From NCBI GenBank assembly GCA_965250285.1, contig OZ252299.1, forward strand, positions 5,120,001 through 5,184,000: a stretch of 64,000 nucleotides of DNA. Reading direction: 5' to 3'. The stretch is from Myxococcota bacterium (lineage in GTDB: Bacteria; Myxococcota_A; UBA9160; UBA4427). Both the position numbers and the translations under genes were made by a program. Numbering within the stretch: the first letter of the stretch is position 1; each line of letters opens with the position of its first letter. Positions 39,512-50,508 of this stretch are shown here, one piece after another. The notes under the pieces were generated by a model, which had not been told where the DNA came from, searched no databases, and saw only the letters and a list, made by a program, of their open reading frames with translations.

Positions 39512-40771
39512 TCAGTCGGTGGGGCCGTTCCGTTTGCCCACGTGCTCGAGCACCTCGCCGACCACCGCACCGAGCCCGAGCGCCTCGCCTTCGCGCACCG
39601 ACTCGAGGTCGGGCAGGCACGCGACCAGCTTGTCGAGCTCGACGCTTGCGTGGGGCGTCAGGTCTTCGAATCGCAGGGCCAGTCCGTGCTCGCCATCGTC
39701 GCGGCTCACCGTCGCCTCGACGACGAGCGGCTCGGGCGAGTCGGCCCCGTAGAGTGCGAGTCGAAAACGATCGCCGAGCGTGACGTCTGCGTGGGGCTCG
39801 ACGCGCATGCCGCGGGTGGAGAGATCTCGGCCGATCAGCATGCGACGGACGTCGTCGTTGCGCGCGACCACCGGCACGGCGAAGCTGCCGCGCACGTCGC
39901 CACGCCGTTCGTCGTCGGCCTGGCCCGCGAGCTCGACCTGGGCCGCGATGCGCACCGCGGGATCGGTCTCGTCGTCGAGGACGAGTCCCGGAATCTCGGG
40001 GCTTTCGCAGGCCGGCACCGAAGGGCCACCGGTCTCGGCGAGACTGGCCGGTCCGATCGACCAGCGATTGATCAGGACGCCGAGCCGCATCCGCTCCTCT
40101 TCGCCGACCGGGGCGAAGACGACGGCGCTCATGTGCGAGAGATCGTCGGTGCCCTCACCTTCGGCGCGACCCGTGCGGGCGACGTGGCCGGGCATGACGA
40201 GCGGCGCTTCGTGGCCGTCGCGGTCGGGGATGCGCACATCGAGCCGTTCGCCCGGCTCGAAGGCCGCCGAGCTCATCAGGCGACAGCCGCGATTCGAGAC
40301 GTCCATCAGCATCACGGCCGGGCCGCCTTCACGGACGGACGTCTTCGAGCCGACGGCCACGCGCACGTCTTCGCGACGCTCGCTGCCGGCGTAGAGCGCG
40401 TGCCCGGCGAGCAGCTGCCAGACGACGTCATGCACCGGCAGCTGCACCACGAGGTGAAAGCCCGTGCGTCGCAGCAGGCGCCGGGTCGACGTCTTGGGAT
40501 CGTCGACCGCGATGATGCGGATCGGTCGGCCATGGGGTGCGTCGGGCGGGCTCCCGCGCCGCACCGCGCCGGCGCGCTGGGGCGTGGTGATGAGCAGGCC
40601 CTTCGGCGGCGCGAGGGTGCCGTTGGGGCGCGGCCCCTGCTCGCGCCGGTGCGTCAGCCCCAGGGCGTCGAGCTGCCGCGAGAGCTCGGTGAGCTCGCCG
40701 TCGTCGACCAGCAGGATCTCGGGCTTCGGCTCGTCGGGTCGTTCGGTGTCGCGCTTCGCTTCCGGCGCCAT
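39512..40771 (-). CDS. Double PilZ domain protein with degenerate receiver-like N-terminus
   Basis: ILLVDD; RREDVR...DVSNRG and RRGDVR...DLSTRG (RxxxR and DxSxxG twice). Confidence 0.8.
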   Translation of the reverse strand: MAPEAKRDTERPDEPKPEILLVDDGELTELSRQLDALGLTHRREQGPRPNGTLAPPKGLLITTPQRAGAVRRGSPPDAPHGRPIRIIAVDDPKTSTRRLLRRTGFHLVVQLPVHDVVWQLLAGHALYAGSERREDVRVAVGSKTSVREGGPAVMLMDVSNRGCRLMSSAAFEPGERLDVRIPDRDGHEAPLVMPGHVARTGRAEGEGTDDLSHMSAVVFAPVGEEERMRLGVLINRWSIGPASLAETGGPSVPACESPEIPGLVLDDETDPAVRIAAQVELAGQADDERRGDVRGSFAVPVVARNDDVRRMLIGRDLSTRGMRVEPHADVTLGDRFRLALYGADSPEPLVVEATVSRDDGEHGLALRFEDLTPHASVELDKLVACLPDLESVREGEALGLGAVVGEVLEHVGKRNGPTD

Positions 40772-40890
40772 GCGATCTCCGCGGAGGGATTCGAGTCCGA
40801 GCGGCGGGGGTTCATCTTCATTCGACGTCTGAGCCCGGTCTCTGAAGCGAATTCGGCCAGATCGGCCCAAGTGAGGGCGAAAGCAACCAG

Positions 40891-41559
40891 TCAGGGGATC
40901 GGCGCGCCGGCACTCGGCCAGATCAGCCAGAGGGCGATCGCGTTGTGTGCCGCATGGGCGAGGATCGCCTCGCGGACGCGCCCCGTCGCGAGGGCGAGCG
41001 CGGCAAGCGCAGCCCCGAAGAGACCGGCGGCGACCGGGTGGCTCGGGTGGCACACGGCAAAGGCGAGCGCCGACGCCAGCGCGGCTGCGACGGGCCCCGC
41101 ACGCTCGCGAAGCACCTGCAGCCCGGCGCCTCGAAAGAACGCTTCTTCGCCGACGGCGGGTGCGATCACGAAGGCGAGCCCCGAGAGCCACACGGGCCAG
41201 CCGCCCAAGGCCGCGACGAGTGCGACGTCTTGAGCCGATCCCGCGGCGCGGCGCAGCAGCAGGCCCACGCCGACAACGGTCAGCGTGGCGAGGATCGCGC
41301 GCGCGCCGCTGCCGGCCGGAGTCGCGAAGCGGGGGCGCGCCGGCGATCGCGCCAAGGCAGCGGCGCCGCCCCACGCGAGCCAACCCGCCCCGTGCAGGAG
41401 GGGCCGCGTGGCCGCCTCGGGGACGGCGGCCCCGAAAACGGCGAGGCCGTGCAGCAGCGCGCCCACCATCGCGAGCTTGATCGCGGCGCCCGCCACGAGG
41501 GGACGCCCGTTGGATCGGTTCGGCTCGGTTTCACGGTTCGGCGGGGTCGGCGTGTCCAC
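40891..41559 (-). CDS. CPBP family intramembrane protease (CAAX/Abi); start uncertain
   Basis: EEAFFRG, FAVCH and HAAHN motifs. Confidence 0.82.
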   Translation of the reverse strand: MDTPTPPNRETEPNRSNGRPLVAGAAIKLAMVGALLHGLAVFGAAVPEAATRPLLHGAGWLAWGGAAALARSPARPRFATPAGSGARAILATLTVVGVGLLLRRAAGSAQDVALVAALGGWPVWLSGLAFVIAPAVGEEAFFRGAGLQVLRERAGPVAAALASALAFAVCHPSHPVAAGLFGAALAALALATGRVREAILAHAAHNAIALWLIWPSAGAPIP

Positions 41560-41647
41560 ATTCTCGTTCTTGGCCGGTGCCGGCCCGTCGACCCGCACGG
41601 GCGCACCGTCGCCGGTGTGTTGGGGCGATGTTGCTACGCTCGCCCGC

Positions 41648-42214
41648 GTGGAGAACGTCGGACTCTCCGGATCCCTGCTCGTCGCGATGCCGCAGCTCCT
41701 CGACCCGAACTTCGAGCGGGCCGTGGTGCTGATGGTGCACCACGACGAAGAATCGAGCTTCGGTCTCGTCGTGAATCGGGAGAGCGATCTCGCGGCCTCC
41801 GAGCTCGTGTCGAGCCTCGATCTCGAGTGGCGCGGGCCGGCGGATGCCTGCGTGTCGTGGGGCGGCCCCGTCGAGCTCACCAGCGGGTGGATGCTCTTCG
41901 GCGATGACGTGCACCTCGACCCGCCCGATCCCGAGCACGTGACGACGATCGGCAAGGGCATGCACTTCACGGCCTCGCTCGAGGTCTTCGGCCTCGTCTC
42001 CGCGCGGCCCCCCTCCGACATTCGGCTCTTTCTGGGGTATTCCGGCTGGGGGCCCGGGCAGCTCGAGGACGAGATCGCGCAAGGGGCCTGGCTGTCGGCA
42101 CCCGCGCGCGCAGCGACGATCTTCGACGTCGAATCGGACGACATGTGGGATCACGTCGTCCGCGAGCTCGGTGTCGATCCGGGCACGCTCGTATCGACGA
42201 GCGGCGTGCACTGA
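41648..42214 (+). CDS. YqgE/AlgH family protein
   Basis: LLVAMPQLLDPNFERAV, GGPV and GYSGWGPGQLEDE. Confidence 0.92.
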   Translation: MENVGLSGSLLVAMPQLLDPNFERAVVLMVHHDEESSFGLVVNRESDLAASELVSSLDLEWRGPADACVSWGGPVELTSGWMLFGDDVHLDPPDPEHVTTIGKGMHFTASLEVFGLVSARPPSDIRLFLGYSGWGPGQLEDEIAQGAWLSAPARAATIFDVESDDMWDHVVRELGVDPGTLVSTSGVH

Positions 42215-42322
42215 GCACGCGCCGAGGAAGATCGGTGATCTGCGCGTCGGATCGCGCTAGAGAAACGGGGTCGGATCGCGCCATGCGGCTCGGCGGTCGA
42301 ACAGGCGGGGGGCGCTAGCGCG

Positions 42323-43904
<1,582 letters not shown>

Positions 43905-43950
43905 GCGATCGAGAGCCTCGGCGCGGCCCTCGAGGCCCGTGCGCGCCGGT

Positions 43951-44748
43951 CTAACTCCCAACGAACGGCGTCGCGACGAGACGAATCGCGACGAGCGTGA
44001 GCACCGATCGGTAGAGCCACGTGAACGTGCGCTCGTCGACGAGGTGCAGCACGCGACTGCCGGCCCACGTGCCGACGACCACGCACGCGCAGAGCAGGGC
44101 GAGCAGCCCGGCGAATGGGCCGAACGCGAAGCCGGCCAAGCCGAACACGATCACCTTCGCCACGTGGCCGAGTAACTGACAGGCCGCCTTCGTGCCGATC
44201 AGCTCGAAGCGCGTGAGATCCATGTTCAGGAAGAACGGCGCGATGAAGGGGCCGACGGCGCCGATGGTCACGTTGAGGAAGCCGGCGACGCTGCCGAGCA
44301 GCAGAAAGCGCAGGCGTGGGTTCGTGCGCTCGGGGTGCGTTCCGAACAGCAGCCAGCGACTGCGCCACGTCGCGACGAGCACGAACACCCCGATGGCGGT
44401 CTTGAGGGCGACGGGGTCGAGCTCGCGGGCGAAGGTCAAGCCGATCGCGGCGGCCGGCAGCAGCGGCAGGGCATAGAGCACGGCGAGATCGCGCTTCACG
44501 TGCGCGCGCTGGACGATCGTGCGCGAGCCGTTCGAGACCATCTGCACGACGCCGTGCAGCGGGATCGCCACGAGCGGATCGAGGAAGAGCAGCATCACGC
44601 CCAGCAGGGTGATGCCGCCGGCCATGCCGACGATGGCCGAGAGCATCGACGTGAGGAACGCCGCGACGACCAGGCTCGCGAAGGCGCCGATCGAGAGTGC
44701 GCCGCCGCCGAGCAGCCAGCCGAGCGCCTGGGCGCCGCTGTCGTCCAT
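43951..44748 (-). CDS. TauE/SafE family membrane protein
   Basis: Two-repeat hydrophobic protein with GMAGG and GAVGP. AAGGAGG SD. Confidence 0.82.
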   Translation of the reverse strand: MDDSGAQALGWLLGGGALSIGAFASLVVAAFLTSMLSAIVGMAGGITLLGVMLLFLDPLVAIPLHGVVQMVSNGSRTIVQRAHVKRDLAVLYALPLLPAAAIGLTFARELDPVALKTAIGVFVLVATWRSRWLLFGTHPERTNPRLRFLLLGSVAGFLNVTIGAVGPFIAPFFLNMDLTRFELIGTKAACQLLGHVAKVIVFGLAGFAFGPFAGLLALLCACVVVGTWAGSRVLHLVDERTFTWLYRSVLTLVAIRLVATPFVGS

Positions 44749-44887
44749 CGCCGCCCTCCTTGCTCGGCCCTGTCGCGCCGGGCCCGTTCGAATGCATCTC
44801 GACCCCGGGTGGGTGGGGCGTCGAGGCGCGCGATGAAGATCGTGTGCCGGTCGTGGCCCGGCGGTCGCGCCGCGGTATCTTAGATGG

Positions 44888-46201
44888 ATGGACAATGTGG
44901 ATCTACGTAGATCCGATGATCAATATCATGATTATCTGCCCGCCTCCGAGGCGGCGGACTATCTCGGGGTGAAGCTCGCCACGCTGTACGCCTACACGAG
45001 TCGCGGCCTCGTGCAGAGCGTGCCCGGGCCGAAGGGCCGTGCTCGCCTCTATCTCAAGCGTGATCTCGAGCGGTTGCGCGCCCGACGCGACGCGCGGGCG
45101 GGCCACGGGCCGGTGGCCGCGTCGGCCCTGCGGTTTGGCGAACCCGTTCTCGATTCTTCGATCACGGCGATCGCGTGGGATCGCGGCCCGATCTACCGCG
45201 GCATCCCCGCGATCGAGCTCGCCGAGAGCGACACCCCGTTCGAGGAGGTGGCCGAGCTGCTGTGGTCGGGCAACGCGCCCGACGACGATCAGGCTCACCG
45301 CACCTCGTATCTCTGGGCGGCGCTCGATTTCGGCATGCCGGCCGAACCGCTGCGCGCGCTGCTGCACGAGTCGCTGCCGGCGCTCACCGCGCTCACGCTG
45401 GTCGTGCCGCTGCTCGCGAGTCGCGATCCGGGGCGCTTCACGACGCGCCCCGAAGCCGTGTTGCCTCGGGCGCGCAGCCTGATCCGGCGCATGATCGCGT
45501 CGCTTGCGCTGTGTCGACCGGGCGTCGAAGTCGAGCAGGGCCTCGTCGAGGCGCTCGGGGCCGAGACCCTCGCGGCCGCGGTGCTCGCGGCGTTCGGGGC
45601 CGATCGCAGCGAAGGCGCGGTGCGTGCCGTGAATCGGGCGCTCGTGCTCGGCGCCGATCACGAGCTCAATGCCTCGACCTTTGCCGCGCGCGTCGCCGCG
45701 TCGACCGGGGCCGACGTGCACGCGTGCATCACCGCTGCGCTGGCCACGCTCTCGGGTCCGCGACACGGCGGCTCGGCCGATCGCATCGAGGCGCTGCTCG
45801 AAGAGATCTCGACCCCCGACGAAGCGATCGACGTCGTGTACGAGCGGCAGCGCCGCGGCGAGTCGATCGAAGGCTTTGGACATCCGCTCTACCCCGAAGG
45901 CGATCCGCGCGGTCGGGCCCTGCTCGAGCTCGCGCTCGCATTCGACCGGAACGACCCCGGACTCGAGAAGTGCCTCGCCCTCGTTCGCGGCATGGAGCAG
46001 AGCGGTCAGGGCGGGCCCACCGTCGATACCGGGCTGGTGGCGCTCTCGCTCGCGCTCGGGCTGCCTCGGGGTGCCGCCTCGGGCTTCTTCGCGGTGTCGC
46101 GCTGCGTGGGCTGGGTCGCGCACGTGATCGAGCAGTACGAGGCGGGCTATCTGCTGCGGCCCCGCGCGCGCTACCAGGCGCCCGATCGAGCTCCGGGCTG
46201 A
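44888..46201 (+). CDS. Citrate synthase family protein with N-terminal helix-turn-helix
   Basis: EAADYLGVKLATLYAYTSRG (HTH), then ADHELNASTF, GPRHGG, GFGHPLY and DPR. Confidence 0.88.
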   Translation: MDNVDLRRSDDQYHDYLPASEAADYLGVKLATLYAYTSRGLVQSVPGPKGRARLYLKRDLERLRARRDARAGHGPVAASALRFGEPVLDSSITAIAWDRGPIYRGIPAIELAESDTPFEEVAELLWSGNAPDDDQAHRTSYLWAALDFGMPAEPLRALLHESLPALTALTLVVPLLASRDPGRFTTRPEAVLPRARSLIRRMIASLALCRPGVEVEQGLVEALGAETLAAAVLAAFGADRSEGAVRAVNRALVLGADHELNASTFAARVAASTGADVHACITAALATLSGPRHGGSADRIEALLEEISTPDEAIDVVYERQRRGESIEGFGHPLYPEGDPRGRALLELALAFDRNDPGLEKCLALVRGMEQSGQGGPTVDTGLVALSLALGLPRGAASGFFAVSRCVGWVAHVIEQYEAGYLLRPRARYQAPDRAPG

Positions 46202-46253
46202 GATCGGCACACCGCCGACCCCGGGGCGCCCGTCGAGCGACGCCGAGAAACCG

Positions 46254-46279
46254 GGAACCGGGTCGGACGAGGTGGCGTC
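46254..46279 (+). promoter_or_regulatory. Putative ECF sigma promoter
   Basis: GGAACC (46254-59), 16-nt spacer, CGTC (46276-79). Confidence 0.45.
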
Positions 46280-46286
46280 TCTCTAT

Positions 46287-46404
46287 ACGGAAGTGCCGCA
46301 AACTTCCTCTTTCCCTGGTTGGATCAAAGTGACTCGGCGAGAGCCGAGTCGAACGAGTCGCCGCCCGAAGGAGCCTTCTCCTCTCCTTCGGGCGGTTCTC
46401 GTTT
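46287..46404 (+). ncRNA. Candidate small RNA (three hairpins ending in a terminator)
   Basis: GGAAGT/ACTTCC stem, 8-bp stem GACTCGGC-GAGA-GCCGAGTC, and 13-bp stem 46361-46395 followed by TTCTCGTTT. Intergenic, with an ECF-like promoter just upstream. Confidence 0.45.
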
Positions 46405-46697
46405 CGGGGCCCGCTCCCACGCACTGCGCTGCATGTGCCCTGCGAGCGGGCTGCGCTGGGCCTGCGTGAGGCGGTGCCGCGGGCGCCCACAGCGGGTCTC
46501 ACCCGCTCGAGGCGGCGCCGCACCAGCCGGCGTCATAGAATCGCCGGCCGGCGACCGCCGCCCGACCCTCTGCGCGCGACGCACCCGGCCGACACGCAAC
46601 GCACCGCGCCGGGTACTCACGATGGGGCCGCGTGGCCGCCGAGTCGTGACCCGGACCCGTCTCGAGGGGGCCGCAGGGTCGCCGAGAGGATCATTCG

Positions 46698-48293
46698 TTG
46701 GCGGAGTCGACCGACATCCAGAACGTGCCGTCGGGCCAGGGCCGGCTTGCGCGCCTGCTGTCGCGCCGCGAGACCTGGCTCGGGCTGGCCGCGCTCGCGC
46801 TGGTCGCCTGGGCGTACGCCGATCTGCTCGGCCTCGGGAAGCGCTACGGCTTCGCCAAGGGCGTCGAGTACTGGCTCTTCAAGCCGTCGGACAGTGCGCC
46901 GCTCGTCATCATCTTGATTTCGGCTTGGCTCTTCTATCGGCGCAGCCCGCGCGTGCGCTCGCTCTCGATGGCGTCGGGCGCGCCGCTGCTCGCCCTGCCC
47001 TTCTATCTCGTCTGCGTCGCGACCTACGGGTGGGCCGTCTACACCGGCTCGCTCGACATGCGCGTGCTCTCGTTCACTTCGCTGCTCTTCGGCACGCTCG
47101 CGCTCTTCTGGGGTCGACCCGGGATCAGCGCATTGTGGTTGCCGGCGGCCTTCATGCTCTTCGCGTTGCGCATCCCCGCTGCGCTTCAGCTCTCGATGCT
47201 CTACGAGCTGCAGATGTGGACGGCGAAGTATGCGGGCTGGCTGCTCTACTCGATCGGCGAGACCGCGTTCGTCAGCGGTGACCAGATCATTCGCGCGAAT
47301 CAGAAGTTTCAGGTCGTCGAGGGCTGCAGCGGCATGCGCTCGCTCGAGACGCTGACGATGCTGACGATCCTCATGGCCGACCTGTTCGGCCGCCGCGGCC
47401 GGCACGCGCTGCTGCTCGTGTGTTCTGCGCCCATCGTCGCCTTTGCGCTGAACGGCGTGCGCGTGCTCACGATCGTGTTGAACCCGCACTCGGACATCGC
47501 GACGATCCACAACGCGCAGGGCATCGCCGTGCTGATGTTCGGTCTGCTCATCATCTACGGCTTCGACGAGGTGCTCGAGCGCGCGCTGCCCGCTTCGGCG
47601 AACCCGCCCTTCAAGGCGAAGCGCGCCGCGGGCGAGCCGCGCGCGGGCGCTGCGTTCATCGGGCTCGGTGTGACCGCGGGGCTGGCTTGCGTGCTGCTCG
47701 CGATCGCTCGCTTCGGCCCGGTGTGGGAGCCGCCGAGAGCGAGCGGACCGCGCGTGTTCGAGTCGGTCAGCGCCGCGCTCGCCCCCTGGCCTTCGCAGAA
47801 GCTCCAGACCGACTACAACTTTCTCGGGAGCGCACGCTTCGATCAGCACTTCCACCACGCCTACCAATTGGAAGAAGGCATCGTCGAAGTGTTCGTCGTG
47901 AAGGGCAGTCAGCACGAGGTGGGTTCGAGCGCGTTGTCGCCGATGACGATCCATCCGGCGAGTGGGTTCGAAGAGATCGAACGACTCGATGACGTCGAGC
48001 TCGATGGCCTGCCGTCGATGTCGGCCCGCATCATGCGGCGCGACAAGCGGGAGGTGCTCGTCTGGCACGCCTGGATCGGACGCGACGGCCTCGCGAGCGA
48101 GACCCTGCGTGGTGTCCTCGCCCTCGAGCGCAGCCCACTGCGTCGGCCGACCTCGCCGGTGATCGTCCGCATCAGCACCGAAATCGTCGGCAGTGGGCCC
48201 GAGGCGCGTGATGCGGCCGTGAAGAAACTGGGACGGGTCCGTGACCAACTCGCGCCGGCGCTGAAGCGACTTGCGGGCGTTGGCGACGGTTAG
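46698..48293 (+). CDS. xrt: Exosortase (EpsH/Xrt family) with C-terminal EpsI-like domain
   Basis: Multi-TM N-terminal part with catalytic Cys (VVEGCSGMRSL), Arg (NGVRV) and His (IHNAQG), plus a soluble C-terminal domain. TTG start with GAGAGG SD. Confidence 0.88.
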   Translation: MAESTDIQNVPSGQGRLARLLSRRETWLGLAALALVAWAYADLLGLGKRYGFAKGVEYWLFKPSDSAPLVIILISAWLFYRRSPRVRSLSMASGAPLLALPFYLVCVATYGWAVYTGSLDMRVLSFTSLLFGTLALFWGRPGISALWLPAAFMLFALRIPAALQLSMLYELQMWTAKYAGWLLYSIGETAFVSGDQIIRANQKFQVVEGCSGMRSLETLTMLTILMADLFGRRGRHALLLVCSAPIVAFALNGVRVLTIVLNPHSDIATIHNAQGIAVLMFGLLIIYGFDEVLERALPASANPPFKAKRAAGEPRAGAAFIGLGVTAGLACVLLAIARFGPVWEPPRASGPRVFESVSAALAPWPSQKLQTDYNFLGSARFDQHFHHAYQLEEGIVEVFVVKGSQHEVGSSALSPMTIHPASGFEEIERLDDVELDGLPSMSARIMRRDKREVLVWHAWIGRDGLASETLRGVLALERSPLRRPTSPVIVRISTEIVGSGPEARDAAVKKLGRVRDQLAPALKRLAGVGDG

Positions 48294-48376
48294 GGAACAG
48301 TTTTTCCCATTCTGGGCAGCGTCTGCGCCGAAATCGGCTTGCCCGTTTCTCGTCCTGAAACAGCGAAGTCTTTCTA

Positions 48377-48421
48377 TTTCAATCACTTACGAGGCATGTT
48401 TCAAACGGTACGTCGCTTGCA
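48377..48421 (+). promoter_or_regulatory. Putative sigma54 -24/-12 promoter with IHF-like site
   Basis: CGGTACGTCGCTTGCA (48406-21, exact GG-N10-GC). TTTCAATCACTTA (48377-89) is one mismatch from WATCAANNNNTTR. Confidence 0.6.
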
Positions 48422-48494
48422 ATCTTACCCGGCGAAGCGCTGGAGTCCCCCGGGGCGTGCGCTTTCTGTCACTCGAGCAAGGGTCATTAAAGGT

Positions 48495-48524
48495 TTGACT
48501 GCCGAGTTTCGGCCCGAGTAGAAT
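48495..48524 (+). promoter_or_regulatory. Putative sigma70 promoter
   Basis: TTGACT, 18-nt spacer, TAGAAT. Confidence 0.6.
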
Positions 48525-48599
48525 GCCGAACTGTTGCCGTCCGACATTCGATTCATACGCACCATCGGCCGGTCTCAAATCCCAAGGAGAAGACGAATC

Positions 48600-49040
48600 A
48601 TGAAGTTCAACCTGCTCGCTCTCGCGTGCGCTCTGGCGGTGGCCTTCGGCCTCTCGATGGGCTCGTTCGCGGGCTCGATCGATGATGCCGATTCGGATGG
48701 CATCCCCGACAACTACGACAACTGCGAGATCGCGGCGAACGGTCCGCTCGGTGCCGGTTCTGGCTCGTGCTTCACGAACCAGGACGGTGACGAAGACGGC
48801 TTCGGGAACACCTGCGACTACGACTTCAACAACGACGGCGCGACGGGCGTGGATGACCTCTCGTACATCCTCGCGAACATCGGCAGCACCGAGGCGCAGC
48901 TCGACCTGAACTGCGACGGCGCGGCTGGTGTGGATGACCTGTCGACGGTTCTCGCGAACATCGGTTCGGTTCCCGGTCCCTCGGGCCTGCCGTGCGCGGA
49001 TCCCTCGCCCGCCGGCAAGGGCACCTGCCCGCCGCTCTGA
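48600..49040 (+). CDS. Secreted TSP3-repeat plus dockerin-like protein
   Basis: Signal peptide; DADSDGIPDNYDNC and DGDEDGFGNTCD (TSP3-like); paired Ca-loop/helix repeats DFNNDGATGVDDLSYILANIG and DLNCDGAAGVDDLSTVLANIG. AAGGAG SD. Confidence 0.78.
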   Translation: MKFNLLALACALAVAFGLSMGSFAGSIDDADSDGIPDNYDNCEIAANGPLGAGSGSCFTNQDGDEDGFGNTCDYDFNNDGATGVDDLSYILANIGSTEAQLDLNCDGAAGVDDLSTVLANIGSVPGPSGLPCADPSPAGKGTCPPL

Positions 49041-49185
49041 TCCACCGAGCGGTTCACGCAACGTTCTCCGGCTGATTCGATGGCCGGGAAGAAAAGGTGC
49101 AATCACGACATCGAAGCGTGCGGCAAGTGAGCAAGACCGTTTCACCGTCGTGTGAGCAAAAACGAGCTAACAAGGAGAAAGTTGG

Positions 49186-49809
49186 ATGCGGCTTCTGAAG
49201 ATCAACCTTCTCGCGGCAGCGCTGGTTCTGTTCAGCGTTGGTTTCGCGAGTGCGTCGTCGATCACGTTGGTTCCGACCACGGGGACGACGATCAACCCGG
49301 GTGAGAGCGTCAGCTTCGACATCATCCTCGATGCGAACGAGCCCGGTCTCATCACCTTCGGTGTGGGCACCTGGTTCAACCCGGATGTTCTGAGCTACGA
49401 CCCCGGCAACTCGGCGGCCACCTCGTACATCCTGTACACGGGCGGCAAGGGCGCTACCTACCTCGTGCCCGAGTCGGATCCGTGGGCCACGTGGGCCGGC
49501 TTCGTGCCCCCGGGCCTCGAGCAGGTCAACATCGTGTTCATCGAGAACAGCCTCTCGGCTGCTCCCGCGACGGGCACGGGCATCCTGCTCGGCAACATCA
49601 GCTTCGTCGGGAACAACCCGGGCATCACCCAGGTTGAGCTCAACTTCGTCGACGCTGGTGGCACGATCTACAACGTGAACGGCGAAGACCTCGAGGCTTC
49701 GGTGGGCGTGAACTCCATCGAAGTTGTGGTCATTCCCGAGCCCACCACGGCGCTGCTCGTGGGCCTCGGCATGGTCGGCCTCGGTGTCGCAGGTCGCCGC
49801 CGAGCCTGA
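49186..49809 (+). CDS. PEP-CTERM protein with cohesin-like beta-sandwich (paralog 1)
   Basis: Signal peptide; PGESVSFDI, FNPDVLSY and LLGNISF; C-terminal IPEP, TM helix, RRRA. Confidence 0.88.
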   Translation: MRLLKINLLAAALVLFSVGFASASSITLVPTTGTTINPGESVSFDIILDANEPGLITFGVGTWFNPDVLSYDPGNSAATSYILYTGGKGATYLVPESDPWATWAGFVPPGLEQVNIVFIENSLSAAPATGTGILLGNISFVGNNPGITQVELNFVDAGGTIYNVNGEDLEASVGVNSIEVVVIPEPTTALLVGLGMVGLGVAGRRRA

Positions 49810-49850
49810 TTCAGGCCCGGCAGCATCTGCACGCTGCGAGCAAGTCAAAG

Positions 49851-49886
49851 AACGCCCCGGACCTCGGTCCGGGGCGTTTCTTTTTT
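49851..49886 (+). terminator. Rho-independent terminator
   Basis: AACGCCCCGGAC-CTCG-GTCCGGGGCGTT followed by TCTTTTTT. Confidence 0.88.
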
Positions 49887-49965
49887 CGGGCTTCGCCCCA
49901 CCGGTTGCGGCACCGGATGGTACTTTGCCGCTGACGTTTCGAAGACCCACACGGAGAATCCCCGC

Positions 49966-50508
49966 ATGAAGCGCCCCGCCGTCGTGATCCGCCTGATCGG
50001 TCTGCTGGCCGCCGCCTCGCTCGTGAGCGTCGGCTGCGGGGGCGGCGACGAAGCTCTCCCCGACTCGGCCGATCGCGCCCGGCCGGCCGAATCGAAGCCG
50101 ATGGCCGAGGCGACGCCCGAGCCCGCGAAGCCGCCGCAGGCGAGCACGACGCCCTCGCCGACCGCAGGCGCCGCCATCGCCGAGCAGCTGAGTGAGACGA
50201 TCGAGCTGCCCGATTACTACCCGGCGGACGGCCCGGTGTACCCCGATGCCAAGCCGAGCAAGGCGCAGCAGACGCCCGCCGGCCGCGTGAGCATCGTGTT
50301 CGGCACCGACGACAGCGTCGAAGACGCCTCGCGCACGATGACCGGCGAGGCCGAGTCGAAGGGCTGGTCGATCGACTCCGAGGACGAGATCGAGCGTGGC
50401 TTCTTGACCCGAGCCTCGAAGGACGGGCGCGCGCTGATGATCCTCACCAATCGGATGGATGACGGCGATGACTCGGTCACGCTCGTCGCTGTGAGTGTCG
50501 ACCCCTGA
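49966..50508 (+). CDS. Hypothetical lipoprotein
   Basis: Signal peptide with VSVGC lipobox, Pro/Ala linker and small domain. GGAG SD. Confidence 0.75.
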   Translation: MKRPAVVIRLIGLLAAASLVSVGCGGGDEALPDSADRARPAESKPMAEATPEPAKPPQASTTPSPTAGAAIAEQLSETIELPDYYPADGPVYPDAKPSKAQQTPAGRVSIVFGTDDSVEDASRTMTGEAESKGWSIDSEDEIERGFLTRASKDGRALMILTNRMDDGDDSVTLVAVSVDP

